Positions 35,624-46,762 of a stretch of DNA of 64,000 bases are shown in pieces. Where the stretch lies: NCBI GenBank assembly GCA_964527585.1, contig CAZGPE010000003.1, positions 26,723-90,722 on the forward strand, written 5' to 3'. The stretch comes from an uncultured Eubacteriales bacterium (lineage in GTDB: Bacteria > Bacillota > Clostridia > Oscillospirales > Acutalibacteraceae). A program made the position numbers and the translations under genes. A model generated the notes under the pieces. The model was not told the DNA's origin, made no database searches, and saw nothing but the letters and a program-made list of their open reading frames with translations. Numbering within the stretch: the first letter of the stretch is position 1; every line of letters begins with the position of its first letter.

Positions 35624-38506
35624 ATGAAACACGGTTTCGAACAGTTGAGAGAAATACATTTGGATGAACTCGGTGCGCAAATGCATGAAATGGTTCATCA
35701 AAAAACGGGCCTGAAACTTTTATGGCTTGAAAGGGAAGAGGTAAATAAAACATTCGGTATTGCTTTTCCGACCTTTCCAAATGATGATACGGGCGTTTTT
35801 CATATAATTGAACATTCCGTTTTGTGCGGTTCGAAGAACTATCCCGTTAAAGATCCGTTTGTCGAACTCTTGAAAAGTTCAATGAACACTTTTCTTAATG
35901 CAATGACTTTTTCGGATAAGACTTTTTATCCGATAAGCAGTAAAAACGACAAAGACTTTATCAATCTTATGAGAGTTTATCTCGACGCCGTCTTTTATCC
36001 GTCTATTTATTCCAATCCCGAATGTTTTATGCAGGAGGGCTGGCATTATGAAAAATCGGAAGACGGTTCATTGATATATAAGGGTGTAGTGTTCAATGAA
36101 ATGAAAGGCGTATATGCCGATCCCGATGCTAAACTCGAAACGGAACTCTCAAGAGCGCTGTATCCGGATAATGCTTACGGATATGTTTCCGGCGGCGATC
36201 CGAAAAGTATACCTCAACTGACATACGAACAGTTTGTTTCAACCCATAAAAAGCATTATTCACCCGCAAATGCATTTGTTATTTTAGACGGTAAACTTGA
36301 CATTGATAAAGTGCTTGAAATTATAGATGCGGAGTATCTTTGTGATATTCCCGCAGGCGAAGCGGTAAAACTTCCGGATTTGCAAAAACCCGTTGATGCA
36401 GGTAATATTGAAGTGGAATATGAAATTTCTCCCGAAGAAGAAGCCGAAAACAGATATATTACAGCATGGGGCAGGGTAATAGGAAAATTTGACGAGACGG
36501 AAAAGATAATCGCTCTTCGCACGCTTTCCGATGTTCTTTGCGGAAGTATTCAGGATCCGTTGAGCGCTTGTGTTGTCAATGAAGGCTTGGCTGAATCGGT
36601 TAGTTTTGAACTTTCGGATGTTGTTTTACAGCCTCAGTTGACGATTAAGGCTCAAAATGTAAAAAAAGAAGATTTAGACGAAGTCGAGAACAGAATATTC
36701 AAAACACTTTCCGATTTATCCGAAAACGGAATAGATAAAGAACAACTCGAAGCGGCACTTACCCATCTTGAATTCCAAATGCGTGAAAACGATTTCGGAA
36801 GTTATCCTCAGGGGTTGATTTTCGGTATGGATATTCTTGACAGTTGGCTTTACGGCGGCGAACCCGAAAAAAATCTTGAAGTCGGTAAATATTTTTCTGA
36901 AATCAGAAATAAAATGGATAGCGGATATTTTGAGAATTTAATAAGAGAAGCCGTTCTTGATAATCCGCATCGCTGTAAAGTAACGATGATTCCTTCGAAA
37001 ACCGTCGGAGAAGAGATAAGACGGGAAGAAACAAAAAAACTTTCCGAAATTTCAACTTCATTGAGTAAAGAAGATTGGGATAAAATCGAAAACAACTGCC
37101 GAAGTCTTTCCGAATGGCAAGACACTCCCGACAGTGAAGAAGCGGTGGCTACTCTTCCGAAATTAACGCTTGATGACATAAATATAACTCCGGAAAAGCT
37201 TCCTACAAAGAATTGCGAAATTAACGGAATAAATACACTGGTTCATACTCTTAACAGCAATTCGATTGCTTATGTTAATCTCTATTTTGATGTTGACGGC
37301 TGTACTCAGGAAGAACTTTCGGCATTATCTTTTGCTTCTGCTCTTCTCGGAGAAATCGCTACCGAGCATCACGGCGCACAGGAATTGATGAACTTAAAGA
37401 GACTGCTTTGCGGTAATATCGGATGTACGGTTTCTACCGTTGAAAAAGATAATTCGAAAAAATGCAGAACATTTCTTCATATGGGATTTTCCGCGCTTTC
37501 GAAAAATGTCGAAAAAGCAACTTCTCTTGCTTGTGAAATGATTAATTCAACGGATTTTTCAAATACCGAAGACATTTATTCGATTCTTTGCCAAAGCAGG
37601 ATGGAATTGCTTCAGAATATTCTTGTCAGCGGTTCTCAGGTTGCAATGGGTCGTACTGCGGCTCAACTTTCGCCGGCAGGTGTTTGTAACGAATGCACAT
37701 ACGGTTTTGAATATTACCGTTGGCTTAAATCGACTCAGGAAAACTGGAATCCCGACGAATTTGTAACCGAAGTGAAAGATTTACTCTCGGATATAATATC
37801 GAAAGACAGACTTACTTTAAGTGTTACCGCAGATGAAAGTACGGATTGCGAAAAAATCGCAAAAATTATTTCGCAGTCAATTCCGAATAACCGAAAAGAA
37901 AGTAAAGATAAAAAATCTCTTATCAGAGAATGGGGAACTGCCCGTGAGGGAATTGCAATTCCCGCCGAAGTTTCTTTTGCGGTTATGACAGGCGATATGC
38001 GAAATACCGAGTCGGGACTTAACGGACATACTTCCGTTGCGGCGAAAATCGTAAGCCTCGATTATCTGTGGACTGTTATCAGAATGCAGGGCGGAGCATA
38101 CGGCACGGGAATGGTTGTTCGGCCGAATTCAACGGTTTCATGTTATTCTTACCGTGATCCGTCTGCGGACAGATCGTTATCCTGCTTTAAGGAGTGTTCG
38201 GCACATTTGAGAGCGCTTTGCGATAACAATACCGATATTACCGGATTTATAATCGGAACCGTAGCCGACGCTTCACCGGTTATGACTCCCAGAGCAAAAG
38301 GCAGCCTTGCCGACAGACTTTATTTCAGAGGTGTCGGTGATGAGGACAGAGAAAGAAAAATGAAAGAAATTGTTTCCACAACTCTCAAAGACTTATCTGA
38401 TACAGCCGATTTGCTTGATGAAATTTATAATTCTCCGGCGGTTTGCGTGGTCGGAAATAAGGAACATCTTGATAAATGCGGACTTGATACGGTATTAACC
38501 GTGTAA
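35624..38506 (+). CDS. M16-family (pitrilysin/PreP-like, M16C) zinc metallopeptidase
   Basis: 960 aa with the inverted zinc motif HIIEH, a downstream FNEMKG glutamate region, and a four-domain PreP-like length. Confidence 0.9.
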   Translation: MKHGFEQLREIHLDELGAQMHEMVHQKTGLKLLWLEREEVNKTFGIAFPTFPNDDTGVFHIIEHSVLCGSKNYPVKDPFVELLKSSMNTFLNAMTFSDKTFYPISSKNDKDFINLMRVYLDAVFYPSIYSNPECFMQEGWHYEKSEDGSLIYKGVVFNEMKGVYADPDAKLETELSRALYPDNAYGYVSGGDPKSIPQLTYEQFVSTHKKHYSPANAFVILDGKLDIDKVLEIIDAEYLCDIPAGEAVKLPDLQKPVDAGNIEVEYEISPEEEAENRYITAWGRVIGKFDETEKIIALRTLSDVLCGSIQDPLSACVVNEGLAESVSFELSDVVLQPQLTIKAQNVKKEDLDEVENRIFKTLSDLSENGIDKEQLEAALTHLEFQMRENDFGSYPQGLIFGMDILDSWLYGGEPEKNLEVGKYFSEIRNKMDSGYFENLIREAVLDNPHRCKVTMIPSKTVGEEIRREETKKLSEISTSLSKEDWDKIENNCRSLSEWQDTPDSEEAVATLPKLTLDDINITPEKLPTKNCEINGINTLVHTLNSNSIAYVNLYFDVDGCTQEELSALSFASALLGEIATEHHGAQELMNLKRLLCGNIGCTVSTVEKDNSKKCRTFLHMGFSALSKNVEKATSLACEMINSTDFSNTEDIYSILCQSRMELLQNILVSGSQVAMGRTAAQLSPAGVCNECTYGFEYYRWLKSTQENWNPDEFVTEVKDLLSDIISKDRLTLSVTADESTDCEKIAKIISQSIPNNRKESKDKKSLIREWGTAREGIAIPAEVSFAVMTGDMRNTESGLNGHTSVAAKIVSLDYLWTVIRMQGGAYGTGMVVRPNSTVSCYSYRDPSADRSLSCFKECSAHLRALCDNNTDITGFIIGTVADASPVMTPRAKGSLADRLYFRGVGDEDRERKMKEIVSTTLKDLSDTADLLDEIYNSPAVCVVGNKEHLDKCGLDTVLTV

Positions 38507-38520
38507 TAATCTTAAATCAA

Positions 38521-38550
38521 AAGCGGACGGTTTCACCGTCCGCTTTTTTT
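38521..38550 (+). terminator. Terminator of the GH2-FTR-M16 operon
   Basis: GCGGACGG / CCGTCCGC stem followed by T7. Confidence 0.85.
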
Positions 38551-38592
38551 GAAATATAAAAAAAATCCCGCTCTTATTTAAGAACGGGATTT

Positions 38593-38679
38593 TGGTGCCG
38601 GTGGCCGGGGTCGAACCGGCACGGTATCGCTACCACTGGATTTTGAGTCCAGCACGTCTGCCAATTCCATCACACCGGC
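38593..38679 (-). tRNA. tRNA-Leu (anticodon CAA), class II with a long variable arm and encoded CCA
   Basis: The reverse strand reads GCCGGTGTGATGGAATTGGCAGACGTGCTGGACTCAAAATCCAGTGGTAGCGATACCGTGCCGGTTCGACCCCGGCCACCGGCACCA. The cloverleaf has acceptor GCCGGTG/CACCGGC, anticodon loop CTCAAAA and T-loop GGTTCGA. Confidence 0.93.
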
Positions 38680-38706
38680 AAGTGCATTGCTTTGGCAACG
38701 AAAAAT

Positions 38707-38735
38707 ATTATACACAAATGATCTGCATTTGTCAA
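38707..38735 (-). promoter_or_regulatory. Consensus promoter of tRNA-Leu
   Basis: The reverse strand reads TTGACA, a 17-nt spacer ending in TGTG, then TATAAT, about 25 nt upstream of the tRNA 5' end. A hairpin plus T-run at 38557..38592 terminates it. Confidence 0.7.
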
Positions 38736-38770
38736 CCGAAAAAAGAAACGAAAAAGATATGCGATTTTTG

Positions 38771-38799
38771 TTGATTAAATCTATAAATAATGTTATAAT
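38771..38799 (+). promoter_or_regulatory. Promoter of the giant surface-protein gene
   Basis: TTGATT, a 17-nt spacer ending in TGT, then TATAAT (extended -10). GGAGG is at 38823. Confidence 0.65.
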
Positions 38800-38838
38800 T
38801 ACATAAATTTTGATTTCTCGGCGGAGGCCTGATATTTT

Positions 38839-41800
38839 ATGAACAGAAATTTCAAAAAAATCGAGAGTGTGGTATTAAGCGTAATACTTATAATGCTTAT
38901 GCTTACACCCGGATTCAGTGTAGTTGCCACTGATCCGACAATTACGATTACCGATGAAGACGGTGCGGAAATCACCGAGGCGGTAACCGTAAAAGAATAC
39001 GGAAATGTCAAACTCAAATATGTTCTTTCCGAAGATGTTCCCGAAGACGCAACAGTCGAATGGGAAAGTAACCTTCCTTTGCTCGCCGGAGTAGACGAAA
39101 ACGGAAAGGTAACGGGTTATGACTATTCGAAAGCCGCAATAATACAGCTTTGGCTTGACGAAGAAGTCAGACCTATTCCGATTGTCGGTCCGACTACGGC
39201 GGCTGCGATTGAAAAAGCAATTGAAAACAGTGGATATGATCTTGAAACCGTTAATACCGATTTGCTTGTTGCACTTGTTAGGGGTGTTGCCGGTGATTCG
39301 ATTGCGGACAGTCTTAAAGAATACCTTGATAATATGAATGTTGAGGTAACCGCTACCGTTTACGATGCCGACGGAAACGCTCTTTGCAGCGATACGGTTG
39401 AAATACTCGTTACACAAAGTACCGTTGCTTCCGTTGCACCGACCGGTGTTCATATTACAAACAAGAAAAAAGTTCCGCTTAAAGTCGCTTTGGGCGCAAC
39501 AGTTCAGCTTTACGGTGCCGTAACTCCCGTAAGACTTAAGCAAGGTGTTAAGTGGAGCGTTGACACAAGCATTTTTTCGGGTTCGACAAAAAATGCGACG
39601 GTTACCGATGACGGACTTGTAACTTTCACGGGTATCGGTGAAGCGAAAATTAAAGTTCAGCCCGAAAGCACGCTTTATGCCGCTTTTTCGGACAGCATAA
39701 CATTTGAAGTCGTAGATCCTTCCGAACTTCCCGTAACCGATTTTGATATTACCGGTACATTGAGTGTAAACGAAGGCGAGACAACTCAGCTTTCAATAGA
39801 AAATCTCGATCCTGCCGGTGCATACACGGGAGATATTGTTTGGACAACTTCGGATCCGTTGATTGCGGTAGTTGACGCAACAGGCCTTGTAACCGGACTT
39901 GACGGCGGTTCGATCAGTAAAAGCGTTGACATTACGGCAACACTCGGAGAGGTTACGAAAACAGTAAGCGTAACCGTTAAAAGAAGCGGAATAACCGGTT
40001 CACTCTCGGGAATTGAAATCGAGGGCGAAACCGTAATCGCAAACGATGCAACTTCACAGTATTCTTCGACTCTTTTTCCGTCCCGACTCAACAGTAATAA
40101 GTCAGTTGTAAGAGAATGGGGACTTGTCGATAAGGAAAATGCCGACAACATCGTTTGGGCAACAAGTGAAACTCCCGCAGAAATCTCAATCGCAAGTGTT
40201 GACTGCAACGGTCTTTTAACACCGAAATCAAGCGGTGTTATCACCCTTGTTGCAAAAGCGACATATAACGATTCTTCTGTTCAGACTTCGATAGAAATTA
40301 CGGCGGGAAACGCCGTTACCGATTTTACGATAACCGGTAAAACAAGTGTAACCGAAAACTCGACAATTCAGTTGAGTATCGAAAATATCGCACCGGATGA
40401 TTATGACGAGGCGTTACTTTCGACTGTTAAATGGTCAAGTGCCGATCCGTTAATAGCAAGTGTTGACGAAAACGGTGTCGTAAAAGGTCTTGATGCAGGC
40501 GGATACGGTACTTTCAACAGTTCCAAAACCACAATTTACGCAACTATAAGCGGTGTTACACGCTCTTTTGAAATAACCGTTAAAGGTGCGTTTATAAACT
40601 ATGTAACATCTGCGAGAATTGAAGGCTTTGATTATGTAATTAAAGATTTTCCCGTTCAGTATCAGGGAAAATTCACTCCGGAAAGACTTGATATAACCAC
40701 AACTCTCTGGGGCCTTCCGACCGACGAAGGCGAAGCGCCTTGGGAAGCATCAAATTCATTAAGTAAAGCCGATAACACCGAAAACAGTATTGCAAGCGTT
40801 TCTTCTTCGGGCGTTGTAACCGGTAAAACAGCAGGCGAGACAACTCTTCATCTTTTCGGAAGAAGATTGCTCACTTCTCATAACGAAACGACCAAAGATA
40901 TAACGGTAGTTGAAATTGAACCGAAAAGTATTACCGTTACTCCGCCTACGGCGACCGAATATGTCGAAGGGGACACACAGCTTGATCTTACAAATCTCAA
41001 AGTCGAACTCACTTATGACAGAGCGGACATTGAGCAGTATTACGGTGATACATCGGAACTTTATACCGATGAACAGTTAAGAGTTGAAGTAACCGATTAC
41101 ACCGTCAGCGAAATAAATCAGAAAATTCTCGATACGGAACAGTATATAGTTATTTCGGTGGTAAGAGCGGGAAAAACTTTCCGTGGCGTTTTTGCGATTA
41201 CTCTTGCTTCTAAAGATCTAACAAGCATTGAATTGACCAATCCTCAGTACAGATATTTGGAAGGTGCGACAAAACTTGATTTGAGTGAACTTAAAGTTTT
41301 GGCGAATTACAGCAATGCCGAAAGCGAATATGTAACGGATTATGATGTTGATAAGGATTTGTTTGATCCCACTCTTTATAATGAAGAACAGCAAATAACC
41401 GTCAGTTATTCCCATGCGGATAAAACCGCAACCGCAACCTTCCCCGTTATAGTTTACGGTATACCGGTTGTCAGTGTTGACGAAAACGGATATGGCGGCG
41501 AGTGGACAGATAAAGATGTTACATTTACTCTTTCTTCCACAAACGAACTCGAAGGAGTAACTTACTATTTCCGTAATTCCGAAGATGCCGATTGGATTGC
41601 GGTTTTGGATAACACGGTAACCGTTAATAAAAATGTCAATGAAACTTATTATTTCAAAGCGGTAAACAGCGCAAATGTCGAAAGCGAATCGACTAAGGGC
41701 TATGTTGTAAAAAGAGACGATGTTACACCTTCATTTACGCTCGAAAAAGAAAACGAAGCCTTAACCAATCAGTCATATAACATAAATATTAAAGATTTAA

Positions 41801-44601
41801 CTGTCGGTATATCCGGTGTTAAGTCGATTACTCTCAACGGAAGCGATATAACTTCAAATGATAGTTTTACCGTTGAAGAAAACGGAGAATATACCGTAAC
41901 GGTAACTGCGAATAACGCTTTGAGTTCAAGTGTAATCGTAAAAGTCGAGAATATTGATAAAGATGCTCCGATTGTAAATTCGGTTTCGTTTGAACATAAG
42001 GTTAAGGGCGGAATTGCGAGAATTATCAACACTTTAACTTTCGGAAAATTCTTCAATGAAGATGTTGAGGTAACTATTGACTGCGAAGATGTCGGAGTCG
42101 CCGGTATAGATAGGGTTGAATACAGACTTCTTGATGAAAACGCTCAGCCTGTCGGTGAAGGATGGAACCTTTATTCCGAATCCGATAAACCGACGGTAAC
42201 TTCGACTTTCAGAGGATATATTCAGGCAAGAGCAATTGACAAAGCGGGAAATACTTCTTCTTATCTTCGTTCCGACGGAATTGTGATTGATGCCGATATA
42301 CCTACGGATGTAACGGTCAGCGCAACCTTTAACGGCGAAGAGTATACCGACGGAAAATGGGTATCGGACAATGTTAAAATCATCCTTTCGTCAACCTCAT
42401 TTTCCGGAATTTACGAATATCTTTACCGTGTTGACGGGGGAGAATGGGAAACTGCCGAAAACGGAAAAGTAACCGCCGACCTAATAGGCGAACATAAATA
42501 TGAGTTTAAGGCTGTTTCGAATTCCGATCTTGAAAGTAATATTACGGAATTTAATGTAAAAATAGATAAACAACTTCCCGTAATCCGTGTTGATTTCAAA
42601 GGCACTTTCGGAAGATGGACGAGCGATGATGTTATCTTTACGCTTTCGACAATGGAAGAGTCGCTTTCCGGAATAACTTATTATTACACCGACGGCAGCG
42701 GAGAATGGATTGAAATTCAAACAGGCGAAGAAATTGCACTTAAAGAGAACGCAAAAGCGAATTATTCCTTTAAGGCGGTTAACGCAGCCGGAACGGAAAG
42801 TCCTCCGTCAGACGCTTATTATGTAATGATAGATAATGTCGTTCCGACCTTGGAATATACAAAATCTCAGATTTCAAATGATGAATTGTCGCTTACCGTA
42901 AATCTTACAGCTACAACAGGTGAATCCGGAATTAAAAAGATTACCGTTGACGGAAGAGATATAACCGAAGATAAATCGTTTAAGGTAACGGCTAACGGAA
43001 CTTATAATGTTAAAGTTTTTTCCAACAGCGGACTTTTCTGTGAGGAAAACATTGTAATTGACGATTTTGATACCGTTAAACCCGAAATTAACGCAGTAAC
43101 ATTCAAACAGCTTGAAGGTAATTCGGTAATAAGAGTGGTGAATTCTTCCGAATTTGCCGTATTTATGAATAATAAAACCGAAATTACCGTTGATGCCTCG
43201 GATGATAATTCAGGAATTGAAAAAATCGAGTATAGATTTGTCGGAAACGACGGAAATACCGTCGGAGACTGGACTGAATACAATAATCTTTCCAAGCCGT
43301 CAATCGAATCGTGCTTCAGCGGGAAAATCGAAGCGAGAGCAACCGATAAGGCAGGAAATATTTCTTCGGTTTATACTTCGGAAAAAATAACCGTAGATGT
43401 TTCGGCTCCGAGTAAGGTTGATATTAACGCTTATACATCGGATGGCGTTTATAACGGAGGTTATACCGATAAATCGGTTAAAATCGAACTTTCATCTACT
43501 GCATTTTCGGGCATTTATCAGTATGAATACAGAGTTGACGGCGGAGAATGGTCGGTTCTTAAATCGAATTCACTCACTGCGCTTGACGGAGTTCATACTT
43601 ATGATTTCAAATCTGTTTCTTATTCGGGACTTGAAAGTGAAATTTCTTCGCTTACCGTAAAAACAGATAAATCAAAACCGATTTTGAGCGTTACCGTAAT
43701 CGGAGAACTCGATTCTTCGAAAAACGATGAAGCGACATTTGTCCTTTCAGTGTCAAACTGTAATTCTCAAGTAACTTATTACTATAATGACGGTTCGGGA
43801 TTTAAGGCGCTTAAGACCAATATTTTGACAGTTGAACTTTGCTATGCGAGAACATATACTTTCAAAGCGGTAACTTCAGCGGGACTTCAAAGTGATGTTT
43901 CGAAAGAATATACTTGTGTAATCAGCAAAAATGCGCTTGAAAAAATAATCGAAAAAGCGGAACTTATTTCACTTACCGATGCAACCGAAACTTCGTCGGA
44001 AAATTTACTTAAAGCCGTTGCCGACGGAAAATCCGTTCTTGAAAACGATGATGCGACATCTGTGCAGGTAAGTCAGGCGATCGAAAAAATTGCCGATGCA
44101 ATTGATAAAGTAGAATTGAAAAAAATTATTACCGCTTCTCAGTCTCAAATCGTTATCGACCGCTTGCAAAACGAGGTAGCCTCATATATGATAGGTTTAA
44201 CCTTGGGTGAAAACTCAGTCGATGAAATTAAAGACAGCCTCGAAAACAAAAGTGTTCAGATAATTATCGAAAAAGACGGCAGTGTTCTTGCCGACAGTGA
44301 ACTTGTCGGAACCGGATGTGTTGTTAAATGCGTATCGTCAGCGGATCCTTCTGTTGTTTACGAAACCGCAACTGTGATTTTATACGGCGATGTTAACGGC
44401 GACGGAAAAGTTGATGAGACTGATACGGATATTCTTATGTCAAATGTTTTCGGAATGAACGGAATTGATAAAGATTCGGTTTATTTCATTGCCGGCGATT
44501 TGTCCAAAGACGGCGTAATAGATATGTTCGATTTGTTCTATGCCGACGGTATTTCATCGGGTGAGAGATGTTTCGATCAAACTAAAACGCTTTATAAATA
44601 A
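38839..44601 (+). CDS. Giant secreted non-catalytic Ig-like repeat protein with a C-terminal type I dockerin
   Basis: 1920 aa with the signal peptide MNRNFKKIESVVLSVILIMLMLTPGFSVVA. It has Big_2-like and Big_3-like domains, a duplicated roughly 370-aa supermodule and a FIVAR-like helical segment. The dockerin reads GDVNGDGKVDETDTDILMSNV...GDLSKDGVIDMFDLFYADGI. Confidence 0.9.
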   Translation: MNRNFKKIESVVLSVILIMLMLTPGFSVVATDPTITITDEDGAEITEAVTVKEYGNVKLKYVLSEDVPEDATVEWESNLPLLAGVDENGKVTGYDYSKAAIIQLWLDEEVRPIPIVGPTTAAAIEKAIENSGYDLETVNTDLLVALVRGVAGDSIADSLKEYLDNMNVEVTATVYDADGNALCSDTVEILVTQSTVASVAPTGVHITNKKKVPLKVALGATVQLYGAVTPVRLKQGVKWSVDTSIFSGSTKNATVTDDGLVTFTGIGEAKIKVQPESTLYAAFSDSITFEVVDPSELPVTDFDITGTLSVNEGETTQLSIENLDPAGAYTGDIVWTTSDPLIAVVDATGLVTGLDGGSISKSVDITATLGEVTKTVSVTVKRSGITGSLSGIEIEGETVIANDATSQYSSTLFPSRLNSNKSVVREWGLVDKENADNIVWATSETPAEISIASVDCNGLLTPKSSGVITLVAKATYNDSSVQTSIEITAGNAVTDFTITGKTSVTENSTIQLSIENIAPDDYDEALLSTVKWSSADPLIASVDENGVVKGLDAGGYGTFNSSKTTIYATISGVTRSFEITVKGAFINYVTSARIEGFDYVIKDFPVQYQGKFTPERLDITTTLWGLPTDEGEAPWEASNSLSKADNTENSIASVSSSGVVTGKTAGETTLHLFGRRLLTSHNETTKDITVVEIEPKSITVTPPTATEYVEGDTQLDLTNLKVELTYDRADIEQYYGDTSELYTDEQLRVEVTDYTVSEINQKILDTEQYIVISVVRAGKTFRGVFAITLASKDLTSIELTNPQYRYLEGATKLDLSELKVLANYSNAESEYVTDYDVDKDLFDPTLYNEEQQITVSYSHADKTATATFPVIVYGIPVVSVDENGYGGEWTDKDVTFTLSSTNELEGVTYYFRNSEDADWIAVLDNTVTVNKNVNETYYFKAVNSANVESESTKGYVVKRDDVTPSFTLEKENEALTNQSYNINIKDLTVGISGVKSITLNGSDITSNDSFTVEENGEYTVTVTANNALSSSVIVKVENIDKDAPIVNSVSFEHKVKGGIARIINTLTFGKFFNEDVEVTIDCEDVGVAGIDRVEYRLLDENAQPVGEGWNLYSESDKPTVTSTFRGYIQARAIDKAGNTSSYLRSDGIVIDADIPTDVTVSATFNGEEYTDGKWVSDNVKIILSSTSFSGIYEYLYRVDGGEWETAENGKVTADLIGEHKYEFKAVSNSDLESNITEFNVKIDKQLPVIRVDFKGTFGRWTSDDVIFTLSTMEESLSGITYYYTDGSGEWIEIQTGEEIALKENAKANYSFKAVNAAGTESPPSDAYYVMIDNVVPTLEYTKSQISNDELSLTVNLTATTGESGIKKITVDGRDITEDKSFKVTANGTYNVKVFSNSGLFCEENIVIDDFDTVKPEINAVTFKQLEGNSVIRVVNSSEFAVFMNNKTEITVDASDDNSGIEKIEYRFVGNDGNTVGDWTEYNNLSKPSIESCFSGKIEARATDKAGNISSVYTSEKITVDVSAPSKVDINAYTSDGVYNGGYTDKSVKIELSSTAFSGIYQYEYRVDGGEWSVLKSNSLTALDGVHTYDFKSVSYSGLESEISSLTVKTDKSKPILSVTVIGELDSSKNDEATFVLSVSNCNSQVTYYYNDGSGFKALKTNILTVELCYARTYTFKAVTSAGLQSDVSKEYTCVISKNALEKIIEKAELISLTDATETSSENLLKAVADGKSVLENDDATSVQVSQAIEKIADAIDKVELKKIITASQSQIVIDRLQNEVASYMIGLTLGENSVDEIKDSLENKSVQIIIEKDGSVLADSELVGTGCVVKCVSSADPSVVYETATVILYGDVNGDGKVDETDTDILMSNVFGMNGIDKDSVYFIAGDLSKDGVIDMFDLFYADGISSGERCFDQTKTLYK
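41466..43928 (+). repeat. Protein-level tandem duplication inside the giant gene: supermodule copy 1 (41466..42590), copy 2 (42591..43692) and a partial third copy (43693..43928)
   Basis: Collinear similarity is visible, e.g. GEWTDKDVTFTLSS/GRWTSDDVIFTLST, GISGVKSITLNGSDIT/GESGIKKITVDGRDIT, GIDRVEYRLLDENAQPVGEGW/GIEKIEYRFVGNDGNTVGDW, ARAIDKAGNTSS/ARATDKAGNISS and YRVDGGEWE/YRVDGGEWS. Confidence 0.85.
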
Positions 44602-44616
44602 ACATACAGGCAAAAT

Positions 44617-44648
44617 AAAACTCTGACTTTAACAAGTCAGAGTTTTTT
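44617..44648. terminator. Bidirectional terminator (giant gene / ligA)
   Basis: AAAACTCTGACTT / AAGTCAGAGTTTT perfect 13-bp stem with a TAAC loop. Confidence 0.9.
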
Positions 44649-44653
44649 ATTTG

Positions 44654-46678
<2,025 letters not shown>

Positions 46679-46762
46679 TTATTAAGAATATTATACCATA
46701 AAATATCATTTTTACAATGCGAAAGCTCATACATATTTAATAAGAAAATGCGGAGGTGTGAT

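Noticed and set aside
34904-35701. 265-aa minus-strand ORF spanning the GH2 3' end, the FTR-like gene and the M16 peptidase 5' end
   Set aside because: It is a shadow ORF antisense to three well-supported genes. Its composition is F/Y/I/K-rich and low-complexity, and it has no RBS or recognisable motif.
38592-38774. 60-aa plus-strand ORF
   Set aside because: It is antisense to tRNA-Leu and its promoter, so it is an artefact.
38557-44650. The giant gene plus tRNA as a horizontally acquired island or mobile element
   Set aside because: There is no integrase, transposase, att-like duplication of the tRNA 3' end or IS remnants. By eye, base composition and codon style look like the rest of the window.
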